Below the pieces are notes generated by a model. That model saw nothing but the letters and a program-made list of their open reading frames with translations, did not search any database and was not told where the DNA came from. The position numbers and the translations under genes are program-made. A DNA stretch of 64,000 nucleotides from Balanoglossus misakiensis (taxonomy: Eukaryota > Animalia > Hemichordata), in the NCBI GenBank assembly GCA_040954595.2, contig CM082591.2, positions 310,001 through 374,000 of the forward strand, read 5' to 3'. Below, in pieces: positions 1 to 13,300 of this stretch (position 1 is its first letter; each line of letters begins with the position of its first letter).

Positions 1-3000
1 CTTAAACAAGCTGAGTGTGTATACATCAAAGTTGGACTTACTTCTCCGTGGCATCATGGGATGCATTCGTTTACTGACAGCTGGCGAAGATGCCTTGTCC
101 AAGTACCTTGATAACTTCTCTTTCATGGTCAATGGGTTCGACTCTGCTGTCTGCAAACATGCAAAACATTATGATTATTATTTTGTCTAAAAATTCTTGT
201 TGAAAACCAGTGAACAGCAAATGTATATTTTGTACCAGCATGGGAGACTGAAGGAATCATTCTTAAATAAATTTATATCAATTTTACATCATTACAGAAT
301 AACTTCTTACCTTATCAACCGACCACTGCAATCTATTTGGCACTGGAGAGCTCCTAGGTCTGCCATAACTGGGAGAAGACACTCCACTCTGACTGGCTGA
401 ATCTCCATAACCTGAGCTGTAATTGGACCACTTGGAACTGCTGAACCAATCAGATGGATCTTTACTTTGTGCTGTGGTTACAGAAGCCCTGTCGTCTAAC
501 ATGGTAGTCATGGCAGAATCAAAAGTCTTTGATTGAAGGGAGAATTTTTGGGGATTAAAGGGATATTTTTCTTCATTTTGTGAGTATTCCACTGGGCTGT
601 GAGTTTCAGCAAATTCTCCATTCTCATGCGGCACATTGTCTTTCTTATGTTTCTGTTTCTTTGACATCATCATCATCGGATTTCTCGCTGGTTTGTAGAG
701 GAAAGAATCGTCAAAGCTCGTCTTTGCACTGTTTCCTGGTTTTTCAGGAGTCTCTTTTGATGTGAAAAGATTCCTTTGAACTGAAGTTTTGGAAGTTACA
801 TTATTCTCTGGGTGACCTTCCTCAATATCCTCAACAGTGACACTTTCATCGTTCCCCACTGAAGTAGAATGATTTGAAATTGTTGGTCCAACTCCCTGTT
901 TTGACACAGTTGTCATGGAAATCCCTGAATTTGATGCAATACTGCTTTTATGGTCAGATTTATCCCCTAATGATTTGTCCCTAGACAGTCCAACGTTGCT
1001 AGGTGTGTCTTCACTTGGTGACAGGCCTGACCAGTTATGATGTGTGGACCCAGAAGAACTTGACTTTGGTGTTGAATTCATCCAGCCATTCACTGCAGGG
1101 CTTGTCACGTCTCCTGACTTTGATAACAGACTTGAGTTTGCATTCCCGGAGTTTCCACTCGTATCTGAGTTTTCTTTGGAAGATGTGTTCCACCAGGAAG
1201 TTCCAGGTGAGCTCCATGAACTGTTTGCAGTTGATGGTCGACTTTGTCCATGCTTCTGTCTCTCTTCTTTGGCTTGTTTGAGTTTGTCTTGGAATTCAGC
1301 CAGTTTTTGTCTTGTTTGAGCTTCTTTAATTGACATGTGGTCACTCACTGCCTGTATTCTCTGTTGGTCTATCTTGTTTTGTAACTGAGGCACACACAAA
1401 AATAAATATCAAGTCAACAAAGTTTTATAAGTAATTTTACAGGCAAAAGAGACTGATGGAATTTCTGAGCAGAACAAACCATTCTACTCATTTTAATCCG
1501 TAGTTAAAACAGCGAACAATTTCAAAAACCCTGAAGATTGTACGGAAAAGAGATCCTATCTCACCTTCTCCTGTTTCTTTTCCTCTTTCTTCAAGATTTC
1601 CAGAACTTTCCGTGAATCCATCCTTCCATCTCTATACTGGTATTTTTCCATCAGCTGTTCCTTGTAGCTGACAGTCTCACCTTTTCCGGGACTATCATCA
1701 TTTTCCTTGTTTGGTCCATTATTGGTTTCATCAGCCATCAGCATTTTTTGATGATGCTCGAACAGAACCAACTGTTCTTTTACAAACTGAAGTCTTCTCT
1801 CATATTTTCCCTGGTGGAATGAAGATATATCACATTTTATTTCTTTTTTTTCATCACCCAAATTTAGCAGACTTTAAGATTTTGTAAACAGTTTACCATT
1901 ACTGGCTGTCCTGTACATACCTGCCTGTTCCTGAGCTGATTGAGGACTTTTTTCTCGTTTACTATAGTTTCTGTGTCTTCTCTTGCACGTTTCAATTGTA
2001 CGATGTAGGCATGTTGTTGTGCTATGCTCTCATTCAGTGCTTCTATCTTATTGCTGTCATGACAGAAAATGTGAGAGAATATTAGAATAATGAAACCATC
2101 TAATCATTGATTTGAGTACATTTACAATTATATCAATACTGATACCAACTTACGTTAGCTCTGTTTCCATGAACTCCAATTTTTCTTCCCTGACAGTGAT
2201 TTGGAAATCCATCAACTCTTTCTCATCACCAGCTTGGGTGTTCATAAACCTATCAACTTTGGCCCCAATTCTCTTGATGTCTTTCTCTCGTTTTTCTTCA
2301 AAGGGTGTTTTGTAATTATTCCTTGATCTGTTATGTCCACTTCCTGAATAAAAATAATTGTAGATATTCATTGTACAGTGCTCCTTTGCAAAACACTTTG
2401 TCTGATTTCAGTATGTGCCATGATTGGTCAAGTTATTGTCACATGCTTTGACATCCCAATATGGTCTGTTTCCCTCAGCCTTCAGCCTCAGGACACATTT
2501 GGGGGATGACTCATGTTCCCTTTGGTCAACAGATGTATGCTATTGCCCACATTGCTCCTACCTGCATTTCGTGGACTTAAAACTTGATGAGCCTCTTCAA
2601 CACCTCTCTTGTGATCTCTCTCTCTTTCTCGATGCCTTCTGTTCTCAGATGGCGGAGCACTCCAAATCCTGTGGATGCAATTAAACTGAAATCATCAACA
2701 TTTGTCCCAAAACATTCTCGCTTTTAAAGACAAAGTGACTACAGTCTAAAACTCAGTTAAAAACCTTGCAAATACTCCAGTAACCACACCACACCATGCA
2801 AAACCTTAAGACATTACCTTTTATGGCCACCTGATGGTACTGTTTCATCTTCTACTGCTTTGTCTGTGTCTTTGGCATTGATGCTCTCATCATGATGGTG
2901 TCTGTGATTGCCATGGTACCTATCGTCATGACTACCAGTATGTCTGCGTTCTCTATGATGCCTTTCAACCCTGTGTGGTGGCGTACTTTCAAAGTTTTCA

Positions 3001-6000
3001 GCACTCTGTTTTCTCTTCTCTTCCATGGCGTATGATCTCATCAACATTTCTCGTAGTATGTGCATGCATTCTCGAAATTTGTAGGGATCAGTCACACCTG
3101 TGTAAAGACATTGGCAGAAGTTTATCAACTCCAGATGCAATTGCTACCACTGCTATAAAAGTTCTAGTACTGTAATATTTAATGCAACTGACCTGCAGAC
3201 ACAGGGTCTTTCACTCGACCACCAATAAAACCATGCATGATTTTAACACAGAGTTTCTTGTCATCATCTGAAAGACTAACAAATCTTGGAATCTTCCCTG
3301 CTTCATCATCATCAAGTTTTGCATCTAGTGAGGCCTGTTGGTCAAGAAAATAATTAGAAATGTTGTAGGTGAAAGGATACAATCTTTTAATCTCCAGTAC
3401 AAAGGAATAACCAGGACAGCCATGTATTTACGCAGATGGAGTGAATGCTTTCTGAACAGAAGCTCTCCTAAATATATGAAAATTTGTTGTGCTATCTAAT
3501 ACTAAAGCTTCAATACATGCATGTAGTTACCTCAAATGATTTATCACCCTCAGAGTTCATTGACTTCAAGCAAGCGATTTCTGCCTCAAGTTCACGTATT
3601 CGTTTTCGAAGTCTCTTGATGACCATTTTATCGTCAAGTTCTTCATTCCGACTGAAAAGTAAAACAACCACGTAAGATGTGAAGAGAATGTGTTATGTGT
3701 ACTTCAACACTAAATCCGTCTTGATGTGGTGCAGAAAATAATGATGAAAAAAACAAAATAGGCATTACCTTGCATGGTTCTTGATACAAGCCACTCTCTG
3801 AGCAAATCGACACGTAGACACCGACTCCCCAAGATTGGATTCCTCAATGGATATTGTAGCTATCATTACAGTTAGACAATTCCCTCCCAGACTGTCTCTA
3901 AGAACCATAGTGAGCAGGGAATTCCGGTAAGGGATGTAGCGAGATGTGCTGCCATGGAAACTGCTGGAACGTGATCTGTTGGAACGGGTGCTGGAAGCAC
4001 TACCTATCCGGCTGAAATAAATGACGGATACACTGGGAATAAAGTTACATGTCATCTCTGTAAAAAGTGGATGGACAGTCAGTACAAAATAAAGTTGAAA
4101 GAGAAAGTGTACATGGCCTGCTGACCACGATTTATTTGGAGCAATAGAATGATTGAAATAGAATGAATAAGAGAGATGACTGACACAGTACTCCTTGATC
4201 CAAAACTGTTACTTCTAGATCGTGCTTCTGTTATTCTGACATCATCTTGTAACGCGATGATAACACTCTCTAAGTGATGCAGCGATAGATTGATAAACTT
4301 GGCCTCGCCAAGTTGTTGACCTGATATACCAGTCTTGGAAGCTCTTTCAGAACCAGCTAAGTCTACAAGATGAAGTTTAGATCTGGAAGAAATACACAAT
4401 GTCGTAAAGGTATTTATTATATGATCTGTGTGGTGCAAGAAATACTTTTATTAATGACATTGTAGTTCTGCTGTTTAAGCGTGGACAAAGAAAATTAATT
4501 TCACAAAACATATAGTTACACCTTGCATGGCCTTTGGCATCTTACCTGGTGATAACCTCTGACCCAGGTGATCTCGCAGTCAAATGTATAGTGAACACTG
4601 CATGTGACCTAGAAGAGCGTTGATTCATGGGAGTTTCAGCCACTTTCCGATTGCCTTGACCTTGCAGTAGCAGTGTCTGTGCGATGTGTTCATCAGCTGC
4701 CAGATGTTGAGATAAATTGCGAACGATGCAAGTATTCTGTGGACCTTCTACGACATGGACCTGACAGATGATGAAAAATTCAACAAGAAAACTTTTATTA
4801 AGGGTACTAAAATGATATCAGAATAACTCTAACTTCATCCCGTACAAATCAAAGTATGTACCTGTTGGATGATGGGTATACAATACACTTCAAATAAAAT
4901 ATAAAATTAAAACATTGACCTACCTTTGGTAAATGAGTAACAACATTACCAGGCCTAGTGCTGGGATTCAGTAAATCGTAACCTATTTCTTGGTAAATTT
5001 CTAGATATGAAACATGTACACTGATGTCTTCATCTTGTCTGGATTCTAATGCTCTATAGATCATAGACAGAGCTCTGTATAAAGACAATGAAAGAAGAGA
5101 GATATGTGGGAATTAGGATTGGCTGAAGGCTAGAATGACATGCAAATATGTATTGCAAAAACAGTAGCGCAAGTCTCTCAATGTCCCAAAGAAGATAGGA
5201 CAATTGTCAATTTTTTTTTCACCAGAGTTACATTTACCTACCTTGGAGCTAAACCTCTATCTGAATACCTCCTAGCACCACCTTCAACTGTAAATGTTTT
5301 ACCAGAACCAGTTTGACCATACGCAAAAATTGTACCATTATATCCTGACAGAAAACCTACAACAAAATATTGCTGTATATCAATATATAATGGATACATA
5401 ACTATCAATGAATAATTTGTTTGTGCTGTTCATGTAAATTGCTGTATAGATAATTTAAACCACCTTTGCAAAGCTGTCAAAAACATACAACATGACCCCC
5501 AAGTGCTCCCCTACATTGCTTGTACTTTGGAATAATCCTTGTGGTATAGAAGTCGCTTTAACAAAAACGTGGGGAGAATTGGTAGCTGTATTTCTTTGTA
5601 CAGTCTGCACACAAAGACAGTTATTCATAAATCACTTGGAAATTAGACAGCACTATCTTGCTATTTCTTTGCATTGAATAGAAACACAACTGTCAATGCA
5701 TGGCACAAAAACACACAAAAGAAATCCTGGACATATTCCAATTTTTAAATATAGTGCAAGAATGGTGCGTTAGTCAGAAAACACAACAGTGCAACTGTCT
5801 CTTACCACACTCTATTTCTTTGTTCGCTATGTTTAAAAACAACTTTGCTCTGTTACTTTTGTTGATTTTTTCACACAGAAGCGTTGAAATCAATACAATC
5901 TAGAATTGCTCATTAAAAATTTATGTATGCAAATGTAGAGTGATTCAAACCCAATGGGAACCAAGCAAGATAGTGAACAAATCAAATTAAAATTGTTAAT

Positions 6001-6323
6001 AAGACAGTCGTAAAGTTGGTATATCAGCTTTGCTGTAAATATTTTTTTTCAATTACCATATTTTCCACTTTTACTGTTATTTTATACCTACCACTGACTA
6101 TATCTTTAGCCACAGTATCAAATACTTCATCTTGTGATGAGTGTGGTCCAAACAACGCTCCAAAACCAAACTCATGATCAACTGTTTTCCCTTTATCCAC
6201 ACTAATCCGACCACTTGGAGTCACTTCTGGAATTCTGACATAAACTTTGGTGCTATCCCAGTCAAAACATTGGGAGAAGGTAGTAGTTGGGCGCATACGG
6301 CAAAATGTCCGGATATGAGCCAT
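1..6323 (-). CDS. Kinesin-9 family (KIF6/KIF9-like) motor protein, multi-exon, 3' end beyond the left edge
   Basis: Starts [12 protein letters not shown] at 6323. Motor motifs: P-loop GQTGSGKT (~5300-5320), SYLEIYQE, switch I NQRSSRSH (~4605-4630), switch II DLAGSER (~4345-4365), [20 protein letters not shown], and [14 protein letters not shown] coiled-coil and Ser-rich tail follows over GT-AG exons. The last visible exon (150..1) stays open to the window edge. Confidence 0.88.
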
Positions 6324-6779
6324 TTTCCGTCTGATCTTGTTGCTATCTGATAATTTGGACCACAGATGTATATTTCAAATAGCAACAAATGTTCAATAGT
6401 TTTTCAGTTATGTTCAGGTGATCCATGTTGGTCCTAAAAATAAAAATAAAACAGTTCATGAAAGAATACAATGGAAATGAAATGAAGATATGTAGGTTTC
6501 AAGTTTGTAAAATAATTGCCAGTAATAGACAATTTGATCTTGAAAGCAGAGTGGTGATTTTTTTCGAAAAGGAAACATTTAGAAGTTTAATATCAATCAA
6601 AAGATTTTCACAAGTGACTTCTTTTTTTCGAGTGTCACCCCCCCCCCCCCCCCCCGGTTAAATGAAAAAGACCCTATCATCTGCTGTGCCTCATCCATTG
6701 GCTTTGAGGTGTATGTGTGTGAGTACAAAATAAATCACAGAAAGATCATTTGTGGTTCGGAAAACCACTGCAGTAAGAA

Positions 6780-7360
6780 ACGAGACAAACTGACAAGTGT
6801 ATTCATGGTTGCTTCGATCGATTAACCGTTCGTTCAGTCCGTGTGACTAGTCGAGTGGTACTGACCCCCCTACCGGTATAGTAAACTGTCTGATAGTATG
6901 TGTATACGTTTCCATGGTTTCAGCAAATTGCAGACGACAGTGCTTTCACAAATGACGCACGACAAAAACTGCCTCTGACTTACTAGATTCGTCGAGGAGT
7001 TCATGTTACTCACGACACATTTGGTTGATGGTCAGAGTCCAGAAACGCATAATCACAGCACAAGTAACAACAAGCTCTACTTTTATACGGTGGCCGCCAT
7101 CTTTGAAGAAACTATTTACAAGTTGGTGCGCCCTCTTGAGTTCAATCAAACCGATTGGGTTTCTTTCTTTTCTGCCAAGATTCGTACAGCAATTTTACTG
7201 TATTTTGTTAAATTCTACCTGGTTAACTCGCATTCGTAAAGAAATGTGTCCAAATAAACAACCTGTGCGACAGCTCAGCAGAAAGGCGCATTTACAATAT
7301 TCTATAATAAAGCAAGCTTGTTAATATTCATGAGGTGAATGGACTATCTCAATACAGGGC
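6780..7360. promoter_or_regulatory. Probable bidirectional promoter between the kinesin (-) and TTC17 (+)
   Basis: The two start codons are head-to-head about 1 kb apart (6323 and 7364). The interval is locally richer in CpG and has a YY1-like GCCGCCATCTT motif near 7093. Confidence 0.5.
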
Positions 7361-7363
7361 AAA

Positions 7364-10300
7364 ATGGCCGACCGAGTGGCCAGTGTGATACTGGTCATGG
7401 TCGTCCAAGCGACGATCTTTCCACCTTCTATCGCAAGTACGCACTGGGTGGTAACTGAAGATGGTATGGTAACACAACAGGTATGTGCTGGCAAAGTCTG
7501 ATCGCCTTCGGACGTTTTGATGATGTAAAACACCGCCCGTTTCTCACGTGTATTCTAAGATTGTTAAACCTGACGTGTCCTTACCTTAGCAGTTCTGTCA
7601 GTGGTATGTGTGTAGCAACTTGGATCATGGGCGATGTTCGTGGTTTTATCATCATACTGTCAAACACCATCGCATTGCATTTGGTCATGCTCGACTCGCC
7701 AGTGTCAACAGCAGATGATCGGATCGTCTGATGAAAACAAACACATTGCGATTCTCTCCGGGAATTTCTGGCGGCCTGCTTGAAATCGCACTATGTGTGT
7801 GCGTGACTGCATTTCCTATCCCATTTTGTCTGTAAAAAATGAAACCATCAAAGGTTTGGTGTCAATAATCAGCGTTGAATCGAGTTTGTAGTAAAGAAAT
7901 CGGGATGTTGACGTTCGTAGATTGCACGTGGATCTCCATGGCACCATATAAACAACACTTGTTTATATCATGCGAGGTGTTAATGTTATGCACGCGTCTC
8001 AGAATACCTCACCTGTTCGACTGAAATGAACACAGTTATGTGTTAATTACATTTACGCGGATTCAGACATCTGGCAGCCACTTTCACGGAGAAAAAAAGT
8101 TGCTGCATCAAAATAGTTCTCAGTGTAACAATGGCATTCACAGCACCTAAATTCTCGTTAATAGTTATCTGTATACTGAACTGCAGTGAAAGGTGATCAC
8201 ATTCTCCAACTTCCAAGAAAAAAAATACAAATGATGTTACATCTCAGACCTACAGACTTGGTTGCACCTGCTATAAAATAGAGCTAATTTTATCTTTTGA
8301 GAGCCTGAAGGAACAATATCCTGTTGTATATTGAAATGATATCCATCAGAAAAAACATGTAATTATCAAAAATTACTCTGGGCTATTTGTGAAATAATAA
8401 TGAAATGGGAACATGGCATTTCCATGCAAATTACAGACACAGTAGATTGTTGTCAAACTTGACACTCACCTGGTATGATTGTAAAACCATGGACAGTAGA
8501 GGAGTACCATCTATTATCTGTGGTAAAACATTGAAGGAATTGCAATTATTAAATGAAGGAAAAAAACACTTGCAAGAATTCTGAATTGGTAAATAAATAC
8601 TTGGGTGTGTAATGAACTTTTGTCCTTTTGACTGGTTCTTGACGTGAAAGAAGTGACAAAAGAAGTCTGATTTTTAACTGTTTTGTCTTTTGCAGTTGGA
8701 TTCTGTGTATAGCCTCCGAAAACCATACGACTTGGTAGAATTTATACGTCAAGCAGAGCGGTCACAGAATGTCCAGACATTACAAGAAGAATTACTGAAT
8801 CAGAAAATCAAGATTGATGAAAATGATGAGAAATCCGATACCAATATTGAAGCCAAGCTTTATGAAACTGACCCAGACTGTATGATAGCTGAGAAATCGC
8901 TTCCCGAGTATGATCTGTACACAAGTACTGTGCTGCCATTAGAAAATAAGGGAATCAAGTAAGTTGACAATTCACACGCACTTGGTTGAAATGATAGTTC
9001 TGCTCACTGTGTGTCAAACTCTTCTTCTCTCCCAAACCAAACCTTGAGCAACTATGATATCATAACACCAATACACTTTGGTTCAACCAGATGACATCGT
9101 GTTGTATTTTCTTTCTCAAATAACAGAGTTGAAGACCACATGGACATGAAGGCCAAGATCCCCAAGAAACTACGACAACCCAATTGTACTGTCTTCATGG
9201 ATTTACCATACAGTGTCCATGCATTTGACCATCTTCAGGTTTGTATATCATCTTCTCTTCATAATCAAGGAAGTATTCTCCAGAGGTATTTATTTCAGGT
9301 TTATAGATTCTAGTGTTTTCTCACACAATATCCCTTCAATACAGTGGAACATGACAGTGATAAATGGAAAGTGATACATAGAACAGTTGATTAGATTAGA
9401 TTAAATTTAAATTAATAATTTTCATTCAGAATGGTCATTATACATAGCATTGTGATTGGCTGATTGCAATCACTGATGCGTTGAATTGAAAAAAAATGAA
9501 AACATGTCTATAATTATCAAATCCAAGGACACCAGCTTATTATAAAATAAAGTATGTAAATTTGTGTGTAATTCTGGCATTTTATTCTGTTCATCTAGGG
9601 TGTTCAAGATCGAATAAACCTGACCAACAATCCAGAACCTGGTCTTCGAAGTGCAATCAGTTACAAAGATGACCCGTCCGAGTTTGGACATCTTGTCTAC
9701 AAAAGCTTACAGAAGGTAACATTATTTCTGATGTTAAATTGAGAACAATATTCTACAATACTTGATTTTGTACTTGATCTTTCAAGTGTTACTAGTTCAC
9801 TTTGCTGTAAATGCTACAAATTGTGTTTCTCTTGCAGAATAAGACGTCCTGGGTGCTGTTTAATTTAGCAGCATTTTATTGGAGAATCAAAGGCAACTCG
9901 TTTCAAGTGATTGAATGTTGCAGAAGAGCGTTACATTTTTCACCAAGGTAGGTAATCACATCTGGGCTGTGTCATACCACAGCAGACAGAAAGAAATTGT
10001 CTCATTCAGTTTTTCAAATCTCTCAAGTCTTTACTGAACTCTGCCAGGATAAAATTTTCATTACAGGAGGCAAAGATAAAATATAGCAGTTCAGAAGTAG
10101 CACACAAGCACATTATACTATGTCCTTTACAACCAGCAAATGTTTGCAGTTGGTTGTTTATAACAACTGCCAGCTATTTTCTACACCCCTCGTCTGTGCT
10201 TAATTTAAATGTTAAAAATAATATGAAACGACACTATAAGATCTGTTTTATACTGGGCATGCAGAGTGAAAAGTCAGCTTTTTATGATGATATTTTGTAT

Positions 10301-13300
10301 TTTCCAGACAACACAAAGATGTGGCGTTAATCAACATGGCAAATGTCTTACACAGAGCTCGTCATTCTGCAGATGCTGCAGTCTTAGTACATGCATCATT
10401 GGATGTATCTACTGACCTTAATGTCAATCACTTTACATTGGGAAATATTTATGCTGTAAGTCGCTCACATTTACTCTGTATGAACATTAGACTCTCCACA
10501 GTTGCTGTGTGCACTGGGCCGGCGTGCTGGGCCTGCATTCGAAGGCTGATGCGCTGTCAGACACAGCAACTGTCCAGGGAATCTCAAGGTCTCTGCTAGA
10601 CTATATGAACATTTGCATCCAGTTCTATTTTCGCTAATCTCAACAGAACAAAATACACAAAAATGTCTGAAAGTTACATAAATGTACCCATTATTACACT
10701 GCGAAACTGCTTACCAAATCTTGCCCAGTGTTACTGACTTCTAGACATTGTGTCTTGTCTCGTGTAGGTCTTGGGGGAGTACAACAAGTCTGTGTTGTGT
10801 TTTGAACAAACCACAGAACATCAACCGGACTTTGAAGCTGCTCGGAAGAGAAAACATGCTGTTCGTTGTCAAGAGAAATTGGAAGTGGCTTTAGAAGAAC
10901 AACATGAGTAAGTCTCAATTGGTGTGTTTAAATAATAGCTGTTGTGTTCTGATATTTTCCACATGGGGAAACTGTAGATAAACTGAGAAACGTAAAGTCA
11001 TTGTCATGTATTAGTCATTTACAGAGAACACTCTCTGAACTCCAAGATTATCAGAAGAAGCATGAATATTTCCAAGATCAACGCAAGATATTAATGGATC
11101 ATGAACAAGCAACAGAAGTTCAGTTTGAATTAAACATCAAGTACCAACAACAAAGACTGAGAGATGGAGTTGGTGAGTAAGGCTTCCTACCCTTGTTTGT
11201 CCTGTGTACATGGAAGAGTCCTATGGTTAAGCATTGCTGGTTTGGTCTATTCCATTATATGAGGGTGAGAAAGGAGAATACTGGCAGCTTTGTCTTGAGA
11301 CAGGCAGCCTGATAGGCAAATACCCACCCACATACATAGACGGACAGACATCGAATCCATATACACTTACAGCACATTTATTGTTGAACTTGTCACTTAC
11401 AGGTGAGACACAGAAATGCCACATCAATGATGATGCAGGACGTCAAGTATTGGTTTGCAAGAAAGTCATCCAACCTGCATCAGAAGCGTATGGAACAGTT
11501 GTTGATGAAAAGGTATTTTAGAGCATTTGATGAATGGATTATAATCGATTGTCTCTGCCGTAATCTCATTTGTCTTTACACCAATCACAATCCGATTGTC
11601 ATTGTCTGTTCTTTGACAGGACATACAAGCATCTGATGAAAATGATTGGCAGTTAGAATTACTGAAGAGAATAGATGATGAAACAGAGGTAAGTTTCTCC
11701 TGTACCATCTTAGAACTGTGAAGCAAAACTCCAATATGCCTCTCTCTATAAAGTTTAATAATTTAGACCACACTTTGAGCTCAGATCATCTAAAATTCCT
11801 TTCGCCACTCTAGGACTCATTAGAAGATGTAGAACTGAAAGTAGACATTGTAGACGAAGAGACAACATCCAAAAAGTCAACAAAGCAGGAACATGATCCC
11901 AATGCGGAATATCGCACCAAGGAATGGCCACGGAAGACAGACTGTGATATGAACTACAAAGGATTGCCGATATGGAAGGAATATGAATCCACTTACCTAC
12001 CACCGGAAAACAAAGGAATCGAGTATGCAATTATATAGTGATTTTCATCCAGCTGTGATTAATTAAAAAGAGCAATTAATTTGATTGTACATATTACAAT
12101 TCAATCATTACCATTATTATAAAGAAGACATGATGGTAACATTAATAGTTGGGGTCTAATTATTATTTCCATGAAATGGAACCAATTATCTAATAACTAC
12201 TAAGTACTATAGTGCAATGCTTTTAAAAGTCTTACTGTAATTTAATTTCTATTTTTCAGAGTAAAACGAATGTTGACTGAAGATCTTGGATTGATCTCTG
12301 GGCCGTGGCAGGAACATCCGTTGCCTTGGTACCCACCAGTTTGTGTCCACACCGATGACCTCACTGGTGTGAAGACATCGGTTGATAAGGTCGATGGAAT
12401 TGCTAACAGGGAAAGGATTCCTATCAAGATGCCAGATCACAATATTAAAAAGGTAGGAGTTGTTGTCAGGTTCTCAGTTCTGTGAAAGGTGAATCATTTC
12501 AACACCAAACTGAAACTGAAAAACATTTTTTGTTAGAGTGTGAAAGGTCTCAACTTTAGTAAAACAATGAGTGATATACATGAAAGAGTTCATGAATGAG
12601 TTGATGCTAGGTCTGACTAAATCTCAAATTCTACAAACATATACTGACTGAAATGTCTTGATGCTTTTATACAGACACTGTTGCAACTGGTGAATGAGGG
12701 TGCTGTGACCGAGGAAGAAGTGGGGCAGCGTCTGTTGACCGGACTGAAAAAAGTGAGTTGATATTGTGTCATGACATCTTGAAGCAGAAACTAAGAAGTC
12801 GTGTTTTCCAGTTCATAAATCAGACTGAAAATTGACACAAGTACCAGTACTTGCATGTATATTTTGAAAACACTACTTTATATTAGATGCTGAGGAAATC
12901 AATCAAGGTTGATGAACTCTCTCCTTCATGACAGAATCTATCCAACAAATGGATTCTCTACACTGTTGCTGGTTTATACTGGAGAGTGATTGGCAACAAC
13001 TATCACGGAGTCGAGTGTCTTCGCAGAGCTGTACACTTTGCACCGGAGATGTATCTAGATGTTCCACTCGTTAATCTGGCAAATATCATGCAGAGAGTCG
13101 GCAATCATAAAGACGCTGGAATCTTGTTGAAGAGAGCATTGGCAGTGAATGATACAGAGGTTAGTGTTGAACATGACTTTATCTGAAGAGTGGTGAGCAA
13201 CCCTTACACCACCATGGTTTGGTCCAAATCCATGGTTTTCTGTGGTAGAGTTGGAGTTCTTTAAATCATGGGTTTGAATTTATTTACTTTCACAGGCTGT

